From NCBI GenBank assembly GCA_963704705.1, contig OY969931.1, forward strand, positions 930,001-962,000: a DNA stretch of 32,000 bases, given 5' to 3'. Positions 1-7,946 of the stretch are shown here, piece by piece. A model generated the notes under the pieces. The model was not told the DNA's origin. It did no database searches and saw only the letters and a list, made by a program, of their open reading frames with translations. The stretch comes from an uncultured bacterium. Lineage in GTDB: Bacteria; Patescibacteriota; Gracilibacteria; UBA1369; PNNO01. Position 1 is the stretch's first letter. Each line of letters opens with the position of its first letter. A program made the position numbers and the translations under genes.

Positions 1-394
1 CAACACGTAAATCTTTTGCCATAACCAGCGATAATTTTCTCAAAGTTTCAAGTTCGTTCTGTTTTGCTTCTCTAATTACACTCATCTTTTCATATGCTGA
101 AATCAAATTCCCGATATCTTTACCGAATTCTTTTGCAACATCAGCTGATTTTACACCTGTATAACTGTGCAATTCATGCAGCAAAGCAGCAATTATCGTA
201 TCTTCATCAACCTTTTGGGTAGTTAAAATCTTCGCGGTTTCAGTTGCGTGGGATAATACGCTTCCGCCAGAACGTCTTTCGTGTCCTTCATATTTTTTCT
301 TAGCATAATTATAAGCCTGCTCTAACCGTTTTTCGTTCAAACCGCCATTATATTCTTTAATCCTTTTTATTAATGATTTTAATTCTTTATCCAC
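1..394 (-). CDS. RelA/SpoT-family (p)ppGpp synthetase/hydrolase, N-terminal part only (runs off the left edge); GTG start at 392-394
   Basis: Reverse-strand translation VDKELKSLIKRIKEYNGGLNEKRLEQAYNYAKKKYEGHERRSGGSVLSHATETAKILTTQKVDEDTIIAALLHELHSYTGVKSADVAKEFGKDIGNLISAYERMSVIREAKQNELETLRKLSLVMAKDLRV matches the N-terminal HD domain layout of Rel proteins (AY.YA...H..R.SG....H...TA.IL...D..TI.AALLH....TG.....I...FG......(A)MAKDLRV). Synthetase domain is outside the window. Confidence 0.8.
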   Translation of the reverse strand, partial: MDKELKSLIKRIKEYNGGLNEKRLEQAYNYAKKKYEGHERRSGGSVLSHATETAKILTTQKVDEDTIIAALLHELHSYTGVKSADVAKEFGKDIGNLISAYEKMSVIREAKQNELETLRKLSLVMAKDLRV

Positions 395-450
395 AAAGAG
401 AAGCTTAGAGATTAGCTAGGATTTTAAATCATAACCTATTTTATTGCAAT

Positions 451-2094
451 CTACAAATCCCCTTCCTGAATAATAAGTTTCAGATCTGAACCTTTTATAT
501 CAACAACTTTTATTCCGCTTATCAAAGCGCTTTTATTCAATTCTATATCTTTAATTCGTGCATCCATATTGGCAATTGCAGTATCAAATAATTCTTTAAG
601 TTTACTTAGCGCATTATACTGAGCTTTTAGATCAACCTGTTTTGTTGAAGCATTTATAAATTCCACCAATATTTTATTTGATTCCTGACTATTTAAATTA
701 TCTGTTGCTGTGAAGAAATCTTTTTCCAATTGATTTTTTGTTGTAGTGGTTGCATCGAATAACACCTTCAATTTATCTCGTTTTGTACTAAGTTCGTCAT
801 AATCATCTTTAGCCTGATCCAAAGCTACATTGAGTTCACTTAAATGAACCTGCAATGCCTGTGCTCTGTTGCTTGAATTATCCAAAAGCTGTTGGATATC
901 AGTAGCAAAAGCATTCTGTAATTTTGTTAAAGTAGCCATATAACTGGCAATAATATCCACTTCACCGCCAATAATTTCAGGCAGTCCAATATTATAAACA
1001 GCCTGAATCGCAGAAGACGCTCTTTTAATTTTTGGAATAGTTTCCCCTGTAACCAATGCAGTTCCAACACCTTCTTCGTAATTATCCGCTTCGGTTTTAG
1101 TTTCGGTTTGTGTTTCAACAGGTTCTGTTTCATCTTTTGTAACAATTATTTCTTCCTGCACAGCGCCCTCACTCGGCGCACCGCCCTGGAACATCCCGAT
1201 AATTCTTTGAGGTAATTTAAAAAGGAAAATTCCTGCAATTAAAACTATAATTATACAGCCTCCAAGGGCATACTTTGTTATTATTTTAATTATTTCTTTC
1301 TTTTCAGCTGTTTCATCCGCCCCAAGTTCTTCTTCGTGACTTTCAACTGGTACGGGTTCAACAACTTCAGCCTGTTCTTCTTCAGGAATTTCTTCTGAAA
1401 CAGATTCAGTAGCAGAGGGTTGTTCCTGAATTTCTTCAGAAGGTGCTACCGGTGCAACCAAAGGAACACCATCTTTTGTTCCTTCGTAATCTTTTTTAAT
1501 AGCTTCTTTTAATTGATGCCATCCTACAGGCCCTTCCACAGGTACTTTAGGTATAGGCTCTGCTGATGTAATATCCTCTGGCAATTCAGATGGCGTAGTT
1601 GTTTCCGGTACTGGTTCCTGCGCATTATCATCCGAAGCAAGAAAGGCCTCTTCTTTTTCTTCTTCAGGCGGCTCGCTTGGCTCAGGCGGCTCGCTTGGCT
1701 CAGGCGGCTCGCTTGGCTCAAGTGGCTCGCTTGGCTCAGGTGGTTCAAATTGTGTTTCATCCACAAAAATATCTTCAAGATTTTCATCTTTAGGTTCTTC
1801 GGGCTTTGTAGTGTCCGGCTTTGTGGTTTCCGGCTTTGTAGAATGAGATTCTTGCGGCTTCTTTTTTGGCCTTCTTCTTCTTTTCTTTTTTGGCTGAGTT
1901 GGCTGAACCGGCTTATCCAAAGCCAAAGCATCTTCAGTTTTTTTATTTATTTGTTCTGCTGGATGTAGATTTCTTGGCTTTCTTTTTCTGTTTCGCGGCC
2001 TTTTTTTGTGTGGATTAGGCTGATTAACCTGCGGATTTGCAGGTTTGTCGCTTGAAGAATCTGTCTGATTTTTTTTATTATCGTCTTCAGCCAT
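451..2094 (-). CDS. Large proline/glutamate-rich, single-transmembrane protein with C-terminal coiled-coil-like region; function unknown
   Basis: 547-aa ORF. Basic N-terminus (KKRPRNRKRKPRN), acidic/proline-rich low-complexity region with EPSEPP repeats, hydrophobic segment YALGGCIIIVLIAGIFLF, then a predicted helical C-terminal region. Confidence 0.7.
   Translation of the reverse strand: MAEDDNKKNQTDSSSDKPANPQVNQPNPHKKRPRNRKRKPRNLHPAEQINKKTEDALALDKPVQPTQPKKKRRRRPKKKPQESHSTKPETTKPDTTKPEEPKDENLEDIFVDETQFEPPEPSEPLEPSEPPEPSEPPEPSEPPEEEKEEAFLASDDNAQEPVPETTTPSELPEDITSAEPIPKVPVEGPVGWHQLKEAIKKDYEGTKDGVPLVAPVAPSEEIQEQPSATESVSEEIPEEEQAEVVEPVPVESHEEELGADETAEKKEIIKIITKYALGGCIIIVLIAGIFLFKLPQRIIGMFQGGAPSEGAVQEEIIVTKDETEPVETQTETKTEADNYEEGVGTALVTGETIPKIKRASSAIQAVYNIGLPEIIGGEVDIIASYMATLTKLQNAFATDIQQLLDNSSNRAQALQVHLSELNVALDQAKDDYDELSTKRDKLKVLFDATTTTKNQLEKDFFTATDNLNSQESNKILVEFINASTKQVDLKAQYNALSKLKELFDTAIANMDARIKDIELNKSALISGIKVVDIKGSDLKLIIQEGDL
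1670..1741 (-). repeat. Four tandem 18-bp units (ggctcgcttggctca[g/a][g/c..]) encoding (EPSEPP)n
   Basis: Units at 1670-1687, 1688-1705, 1706-1723 and 1724-1741, near-identical by eye; in frame with the 547-aa ORF. Confidence 0.9.
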
Positions 2095-2158
2095 GTCTAA
2101 ATATAAATAATCAGTAAATTATAGCACAAAATCGAGCTTTTTTGAAGGCTAAAACTTC

Positions 2159-2839
2159 TTAAAAAGTTATTCCTGACGCGTTCATTCCATAATATTGCAA
2201 TGTAGGTCCCCCAATAATTAGAGAAATAACAAAATATACAATTGAAACAGCAACAATACTTAATAATAAAGTTAAAATTGAATTAGTAGAACTAAGTTTC
2301 TTAATACCAACAAGTGCTTTATAGGTAATAATGAGATACCAAATAGACGCAATTACTGTTAAAACAGGAATGATAGTTATTACCATAACCAAATATCCAT
2401 AACCAAGCACCCTGAATAATTCACGAAAACTTTTCTTGCCTTTAAAAAGGTAACTTCCTATAAAATCATAAGCAAAAATCGAAAAAATTATTGAAATCAA
2501 ACTGATTACCGATGTTATTAACAAATTACTTATACCTGTTGATTGCATTCCGAACCTAAAATAAACAAAGTAAATACCAAAATTTGTTATAATCAATGAA
2601 ATTAAAATAAAAATTATTGATCCAAGTGATGATGTTTTATTTTCAGATACACTGTGAATCTTGGCTGTATTTAATTTTATTACTTCAATTGCATTTTTAA
2701 ATTCCTTTGCTAAGTCAAATTTGCCGGGATGGCTCATATCTTCGAATGTTTTAGCTGCATCACCTAAATGATGCTTTACTTCATCCTGAAATTCAGGTTT
2801 ATGCTCAGGATTATGATGAGGATGTTTTTGTTCTTCCAT
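2159..2839 (-). CDS. Multi-pass membrane protein, Yip1-family-like
   Basis: 226-aa ORF with five hydrophobic segments; SFRELFRVLGYGYLVMVITIIPVLTVIASIWYLIITYKALVGIKKL resembles the Yip1 domain (GG....L.. V.GYS..P.....I..IW.......L). Confidence 0.55.
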   Translation of the reverse strand: MEEQKHPHHNPEHKPEFQDEVKHHLGDAAKTFEDMSHPGKFDLAKEFKNAIEVIKLNTAKIHSVSENKTSSLGSIIFILISLIITNFGIYFVYFRFGMQSTGISNLLITSVISLISIIFSIFAYDFIGSYLFKGKKSFRELFRVLGYGYLVMVITIIPVLTVIASIWYLIITYKALVGIKKLSSTNSILTLLLSIVAVSIVYFVISLIIGGPTLQYYGMNASGITF

Positions 2840-2998
2840 AATTCAATTTATTAATAATAGTAATTAGATTTTAATGAATTGTCCAACAAAACACAACTTT
2901 AAGCAATGCAAGTATATTAGAGCGCCTTCACTTTTGAGCAGTAAGCGGTTAAAATGGTTTTCGGCTTAAATAATATATAATTTAACAAAAATACTGCC

Positions 2999-5077
2999 AT
3001 GAATTTCTTTGATGTGAGTATTATCTCAATTGTGGTAGCTGTAATTGCTCTTATTTATGCAGCTGGGCTTATTGTCCATGTACTAAGACAAGACAGCGGT
3101 TCACAAAAGATGCAGTCTATTGCAAAATCTATTCAGGAAGGTGCATCTGCGTATCTTCACAGACAATCACTTACCGTTCTTGTATTTGCCGTACTTATTT
3201 TTATAGTGCTTGCTTATACAATTCCCGCAGGTGATTATAACAATGGAATCCTTCTTGCTGTTGGATTTTTTGTTGGTGCTGTATTTTCAGGACTCGCGGG
3301 TTACATTGGTATGAGCGTTTCTGTTCGTGCGAATGTAAGAACTGCACAAGGTGCTAAAAGCAGCCTTAAAAAAGGATTATCAGTAGCATTTCAGGGCGGA
3401 GCTGTAACAGGACTTTCTGTTGTGGGCCTTGCATTGCTTGGTGTAGCTGGATTTTATTTTATATTTAGTGAACTCTTGGGAATTCCAAAAGCTGACGTAC
3501 CTAATTTATTAATCGGATTCGGTTTTGGTGCATCTTTAATATCATTATTTGCTCGTGTTGGCGGAGGAATCTTCACGAAAGCAGCTGATGTTGGAGCTGA
3601 TTTGGTTGGTAAAATCGAAAAAGGAATACCTGAAGATGATCCGAGAAATCCTGCGGTAATCGCTGATAACGTTGGTGACAACGTTGGAGACTGCGCAGGA
3701 ATGGGTGCTGACCTTTTTGAAACTTATGCTGTTACTTTAATTGCAGCTATGATTTTAGCTTCATCAACTTTAACAACCACTCTTGGTGTTTCAGGAATTG
3801 AATTCCCGCTTGCACTTGGAGCTGTTTCTGTAATCACTTCAATAATTGGAACTTGGTTTGTAAGACTTGGAAAAGGAAAAAGAAATATAATGGGAGCATT
3901 ATATAAAGGAATGCTAGTAACAGGAATTTTATCTGCTGCGGGTTTTTACGCGGTTACATATTATATGATCGGTGATATCTGGATTTATCTTGCTGCTGTT
4001 GTTGGTTTATTTGTAACTTTGTTTATTAACATTATTACTGAATACTACACTTCAACTGAATATAAACCAGTTAAAAAAATCGCAAAGGCATCTGAAACAG
4101 GTGCAGGTACAAACATTATTTCAGGTCTTGCAGTTGGATTGGAAAGTACGTTTATGCCGGTACTTTTAATTGTTGTTGCAATTGTTGTTGCATATTTCTT
4201 TGGAGAACAATCATCAGCTGGAAATGGAATTTACGGTATAGCAATAGCTGCTGTGGCAATGCTTTCTACAACAGGATTGGTTATTGCAACTGATTCATAC
4301 GGACCAATTACTGATAATGCAGGTGGTATTGCTGAAATGGCAAAATTACCTCAAAGCGTTAGAAACAAAACTGATGCTCTTGATGCTGTAGGAAACACAA
4401 CAAAAGCAGTTACAAAAGGTTACGCAATAAGTTCTGCCGCACTTGCTGCGTTGGTATTATTTCAATCTTATACTGCAGAACTTGCAAAGAGCGGGCATGA
4501 ATTTGTTTTCTCTTTAAATGATCACTGGGTATTAATAGGTTTATTTATAGGCGGACTTCTACCGTTTGTATTTGCATCTTCATTAATGGAATCTGTTGGA
4601 AAAGCAGCACACGCTGTTGTTCTTGAAGTACGAAGACAATTCAGAGAAATTAAAGGAATTATGACAGGTAAAGCATTACCGGAATATGGTAAAACAGTTG
4701 ATATCGTTACAAAAGCTGCACTTAGAGAAATGCTATTCCCTGGACTGCTTGCGGTTCTTGCACCAATTTTGGTTGGAGTATTCTTAGGTCCGCTTGCACT
4801 TGGCGGAATGCTGGTAGGTGTGATTGTTGTTGGATTCTTAATGGCAATTAGCATGTCAACAGGCGGAGGTGCTTGGGATAATGCAAAAAAATATATTGAA
4901 AACGGACATTACGGAGGAAAAGGTTCTGATGCTCACAAGGCAGCAATAGTCGGAGACACCGTTGGTGACCCTTATAAAGATACAGCAGGCCCTGCATTGA
5001 ACGCGTTGATAAAAGTTATCAACACTATTTCGCTTATTATCGCACCAATTATTGCAGGACTTGTAATTTGGGGGTAA
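2999..5077 (+). CDS. hppA: Membrane-bound pyrophosphatase (pyrophosphate-energised proton pump), K+-independent type predicted
   Basis: 692-aa polytopic ORF with family motifs [117 protein letters not shown]. Confidence 0.97.
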   Translation: MNFFDVSIISIVVAVIALIYAAGLIVHVLRQDSGSQKMQSIAKSIQEGASAYLHRQSLTVLVFAVLIFIVLAYTIPAGDYNNGILLAVGFFVGAVFSGLAGYIGMSVSVRANVRTAQGAKSSLKKGLSVAFQGGAVTGLSVVGLALLGVAGFYFIFSELLGIPKADVPNLLIGFGFGASLISLFARVGGGIFTKAADVGADLVGKIEKGIPEDDPRNPAVIADNVGDNVGDCAGMGADLFETYAVTLIAAMILASSTLTTTLGVSGIEFPLALGAVSVITSIIGTWFVRLGKGKRNIMGALYKGMLVTGILSAAGFYAVTYYMIGDIWIYLAAVVGLFVTLFINIITEYYTSTEYKPVKKIAKASETGAGTNIISGLAVGLESTFMPVLLIVVAIVVAYFFGEQSSAGNGIYGIAIAAVAMLSTTGLVIATDSYGPITDNAGGIAEMAKLPQSVRNKTDALDAVGNTTKAVTKGYAISSAALAALVLFQSYTAELAKSGHEFVFSLNDHWVLIGLFIGGLLPFVFASSLMESVGKAAHAVVLEVRRQFREIKGIMTGKALPEYGKTVDIVTKAALREMLFPGLLAVLAPILVGVFLGPLALGGMLVGVIVVGFLMAISMSTGGGAWDNAKKYIENGHYGGKGSDAHKAAIVGDTVGDPYKDTAGPALNALIKVINTISLIIAPIIAGLVIWG

Positions 5078-5110
5078 TATAAATTCTAATTTTTACTTCG
5101 AAAAACATAA

Positions 5111-5395
5111 ATGAATCAAGAATTCGAACAAAAAGAAGCTAAATTAATCGCTGTGGAAGACGGACTCGCTGAGTTCGTCTTCTGCCGCGAATTTAATAAT
5201 GAAGAAGTTAACGACGGAGAAGTTTTCTTTTGGCCTGAAGAACATTTACCTAAAAATATGGAAATTGGCGATGAAGTTATAGTAAGTCTTGATTTCAAAA
5301 ATAAAGAAGAAAAAACTTTTCAAATCCAAAAACAACAAGAAAAGGAATTAAAGCAGGAAGAGATGAGAAAATTACTCGAAGAACTAGTCAATTAA
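5111..5395 (+). CDS. Small acidic protein of unknown function (possibly DUF3006-like)
   Basis: 94-aa ORF immediately downstream of hppA. AVEDGLAEFVF...LPKNMEIGDEVIVSLDF is loosely like DUF3006 proteins. Weak assignment. Confidence 0.5.
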   Translation: MNQEFEQKEAKLIAVEDGLAEFVFCREFNNEEVNDGEVFFWPEEHLPKNMEIGDEVIVSLDFKNKEEKTFQIQKQQEKELKQEEMRKLLEELVN

Positions 5396-5401
5396 AAAAA
5401 T

Positions 5402-5429
5402 TTGACGATAAAAAATTCATATATATAAT
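5402..5429 (+). promoter_or_regulatory. Sigma70-like promoter for the tRNA gene
   Basis: TTGACG (5402-5407), 16-nt spacer, TATAAT (5424-5429), about 50 bp upstream of the tRNA 5' end. Confidence 0.7.
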
Positions 5430-5482
5430 ACGACTCTATGGTTATTTACCATGCGCTCTTTTGCATTGTGTAAAAATCTATC

Positions 5483-5579
5483 GCGGGGATAGCCAAGTGG
5501 TTAAGGCACTGGTTCCGGTCTCAAAAATCTTTTGATTCTGACGCACCAGGACGCGAGGGTTCAAATCCCTCTCCCCGCT
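5483..5579 (+). tRNA. tRNA gene of undetermined isotype with a 31-nt anticodon loop (24 nt more than the canonical 7)
   Basis: Perfect 7-bp acceptor (gcgggga 5483-5489 / tccccgc 5572-5578); D arm gcc-aagtggttaa-ggc (5492-5507); anticodon stem ctggt (5509-5513) / accag (5545-5549); 5-nt variable loop; T arm gaggg-ttcaaat-ccctc (5555-5571); U73. Removing 24 nt gives exactly 73 nt. No encoded CCA. Confidence 0.75.
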
Positions 5580-5582
5580 CTA

Positions 5583-5614
5583 GCCAGGGCAACTTTTTAG
5601 GATTTTGCCCTGGC
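5583..5614 (+). other. Perfect 10-bp hairpin directly after the tRNA (processing or termination structure?)
   Basis: gccagggcaa (5583-5592) / ttgccctggc (5605-5614), 12-nt loop, no T-tract following. Confidence 0.7.
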
Positions 5615-5622
5615 ACCTCATC

Positions 5623-5727
5623 AGCCAGGATCGCTAATACATAAAAAACCATCGTTCTGTCCCAATAGTGGGGCAAAACAAGGTTTAGCCACCCGTATGG
5701 TTGCTTATGTAATTAGTTCTCCTGGCT
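5623..5727 (+). ncRNA. Candidate structured RNA or non-coding element of unknown type
   Basis: Nested complementary blocks: agccagga 5623-5630 / tcctggct 5720-5727; ctaat 5634-5638 / attag 5712-5716; cataa 5640-5644 / ttatg 5705-5709; aaccat 5647-5652 / atggtt 5697-5702. An internal hairpin gtccca-atag-tggggc (5659-5674) contains a G-U pair that only works on the + strand. Confidence 0.4.
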
Positions 5728-5732
5728 CCTTT

Positions 5733-6815
5733 CTATTCCCATTGTAAGCCGCCACTATAGTTAACAACTGAAATCCAAGTCTGGCCTTTTTCAAAGACTA
5801 ATTCCTTATCATCAGGGCCATAAAACTTTAAAACATCGTTATTTGTTAGTTTTTCCCAGGTTCCGGGATAAACTTTTCCGTTTCTAAACAAATACATATC
5901 CCCTGTACCCTCTGTTTTCATATATAAACGGCCTTCATCATCAGTCGGATAATAATTTGTAATCATTACCACAACATTGCTAGGCGCTATTTGCTCACCA
6001 TTATTGCTGTCTATATGTACATTTCCGCCCTGCGATCTTTTATAAACATTATTTTCCGAATCATAATCATATTTAACATGGTATTGAGGGAAAGGATAAT
6101 AAATTCTTATAGTATCTGCAATTTCCGGATCTTCACCGTTATTTTGATTCTCCAATGAAGAACCGAACTTAAATAATCCCTCTTTTAATGGCTTTTCCCA
6201 TCCTCTATCCTTCATTAATTCACGAAGTTCAATTAAATTTGTAAATAAATTATGTGGCGCAAAATAGACATAATCACGTGTAAAATATTTTGTTCCGCCT
6301 TCCAAAGCAAGGCCATCCAAATCAAAAACTTTGCCACTATTATAAATAGCACTTAAACCAAGTTGGCTGCCTCCTGCATGAGCAAGAGCGCTATTGAACA
6401 TCTCAGCCCATCTTACAAAATAAGGTCTTGCAGAACGCACAGGCCCGACTTTCTCTATATTCTGATAAGGGAAAAAAGCAATAAAACGAGTTATCCCTCC
6501 TTCAGCCTCAGCTTCAATAACAAGGCTTGCCTCGGATAAACCAGCTTGCTGTCTTCTTGCATCAGTATGATTTTCAATAATTACCGCAACAACCTGTTCT
6601 TCTAAATCAGCATCAATCTCAGTACCATCCAATAAACTTTCTTTTTTATCTTCAATAACCGGTATATCTGTTTCTGCCGATAAATCAGTATTATTGTCTG
6701 CAATTGGCTGTTCAGCAGGTAAAGAAAAAACAGTAACCCAAACTATACTAAGAATAATAACTATTAAAGCTGCTGCTCCGGCAATAATATAGGTAATAAG
6801 CTTTTTTTTATGCAT
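5733..6815 (-). CDS. DUF3048 / YerB-like putative lipoprotein or membrane-anchored protein
   Basis: 360-aa ORF with N-terminal hydrophobic segment and VAVIIENHTDARRQQAGLSEASLVIEAEAEGGITRFIAFFPYQNIEKVGPVRSARPYFVRWAEMFNSALAHAGGS, characteristic of the DUF3048 family. Confidence 0.85.
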   Translation of the reverse strand: MHKKKLITYIIAGAAALIVIILSIVWVTVFSLPAEQPIADNNTDLSAETDIPVIEDKKESLLDGTEIDADLEEQVVAVIIENHTDARRQQAGLSEASLVIEAEAEGGITRFIAFFPYQNIEKVGPVRSARPYFVRWAEMFNSALAHAGGSQLGLSAIYNSGKVFDLDGLALEGGTKYFTRDYVYFAPHNLFTNLIELRELMKDRGWEKPLKEGLFKFGSSLENQNNGEDPEIADTIRIYYPFPQYHVKYDYDSENNVYKRSQGGNVHIDSNNGEQIAPSNVVVMITNYYPTDDEGRLYMKTEGTGDMYLFRNGKVYPGTWEKLTNNDVLKFYGPDDKELVFEKGQTWISVVNYSGGLQWE

Positions 6816-6837
6816 AAAAGAAGTTGATTACTTTCTT

Positions 6838-7509
6838 TTACTCCCCTTTTTCTGCTCCTTCTTCAGCAGGTGCTTCTTTATTTTCTTCAGAAGCTGCTGT
6901 TTCTTTAGCTTCACCTTCAGCGGCTGCTTCTTCTTCAGCAGGTGCTTCTTCTTCTTCAGCTCTTGGTGCTACAACTGTAGCAATTGTTAATTTTGAATCA
7001 TCAAGTGCTTCAACACCTTCAGGAAGTTTTAAATCTCCAACGTGAATTGAATGATGGAAGTCTTCAAGCGGACTAATATCAAATTCAATTTCATGAGGAA
7101 TATTTTTTGCTATACATTTAACTGTTAGAACATCTCTATTTAACATCAATGTACCTGCCAATTCACGTACTGCTTTAGATTCACCGGTTGCAACCAATGG
7201 AATTTCAGTAATAATTTCTTTATTTAAATCAACAAATTTAAAATCAATATGCGTAAATTTGTCAGTTACAGGGTCGTGATCAACATCCTGCACAAGTACG
7301 TTAATTTTATCTTTCCCATCAATTTCAAGCTCGATAACTGTATTACTTCCTCCTTTTTCAAAGACTCTTCTGAAAGTCTGGTAATCTACAGCAAAAACCT
7401 GATTTTCTTTTCCCGCTCCGTAAAAATTACAAGGGATTGAACCTTCAGATCGCACTGTTCTTGCAGAACCTGCGTCGCGAGTTTTTACTTCTAATGATAC
7501 TGTTTCCAT
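6838..7509 (-). CDS. rplY: 50S ribosomal protein bL25 (general stress protein Ctc type) with acidic C-terminal tail
   Basis: VSLEVKTRDAGSARTVRSEGSIPCNFYGAGKENQVFAVDYQTFRRVFEKGG... VLVQDVDHDPVTDKFTHIDFKFVDLNKEIITEIPL matches bL25/TL5, followed by an EEEEAPAEEEAAAEGE tail. Confidence 0.93.
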   Translation of the reverse strand: METVSLEVKTRDAGSARTVRSEGSIPCNFYGAGKENQVFAVDYQTFRRVFEKGGSNTVIELEIDGKDKINVLVQDVDHDPVTDKFTHIDFKFVDLNKEIITEIPLVATGESKAVRELAGTLMLNRDVLTVKCIAKNIPHEIEFDISPLEDFHHSIHVGDLKLPEGVEALDDSKLTIATVVAPRAEEEEAPAEEEAAAEGEAKETAASEENKEAPAEEGAEKGE

Positions 7510-7637
7510 ATTTATTTAATTAAACATTAATTTTGCTTGCAAAGTTTAGCGAATATTCAAGCCAAAAGCAAGTCGATCTTTACTTAAATTAACTAAGCCT
7601 GTATCATATTTTTCGTGTAATTTATAACGTAATAATA

Positions 7638-7931
7638 ATGAATAAATTTAAAGACTTATATAAACTTCAAAAACAGGCAAAAGAAATAAAGAAAAAACTA
7701 CAAAATACACATATTGAAGCCGAAGTTGATGGAGTAATCGTTACAATTGACGGTCAGCAGGAAGTTATTGATGTGAAAATTTCAGATGATGAAATGCAAA
7801 ACAAGAAAAAACTTGAAACTAATCTTGTAAAAGCTTTAAACAAAGGAATTAAAAGGTCTCAGCAATACGGCGCAGAAGAAATGAAAGATGTTATGGGCGA
7901 TATGGGGCTTGGCGGTCTTCCGGGAATGTAA
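7638..7931 (+). CDS. YbaB/EbfC-family nucleoid-associated protein
   Basis: 97-aa ORF: LQKQAKEIKKKLQNTHIEAEVDGVIVTIDGQQEVIDVKISDDEM...LVKALNKGIKRSQQYGAEEMKDVMGDMGLGGLPGM matches YbaB layout. Confidence 0.85.
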   Translation: MNKFKDLYKLQKQAKEIKKKLQNTHIEAEVDGVIVTIDGQQEVIDVKISDDEMQNKKKLETNLVKALNKGIKRSQQYGAEEMKDVMGDMGLGGLPGM

Positions 7932-7946
7932 TCACAACTCTAAAAT

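Noticed and set aside
1524-1968. ORFs on other frames over the 451-2094 gene (135 aa, 64 aa, 72 aa)
   Set aside because: Shadow ORFs produced by the low-complexity repeat; Leu/Arg/Ala-rich translations with no independent support.
3454-4854. Antisense ORFs (75 aa, 110 aa) within hppA
   Set aside because: They overlap a highly conserved gene, with no recognisable product or initiation signals.
5483-5579. Interpreting the 97-nt tRNA as a type II tRNA (Leu/Ser/Tyr) with long variable arm
   Set aside because: With the D arm fixed, the anticodon 5' stem ctggt has no complement 12 nt downstream (tcaaa). Its only perfect partner is accag at 5545-5549, after which the variable loop is an ordinary 5 nt.
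6838-7060. Acidic repeat-like tail of bL25 as a novel domain
   Set aside because: Ala/Glu-rich C-terminal tails on bL25/Ctc proteins are common.
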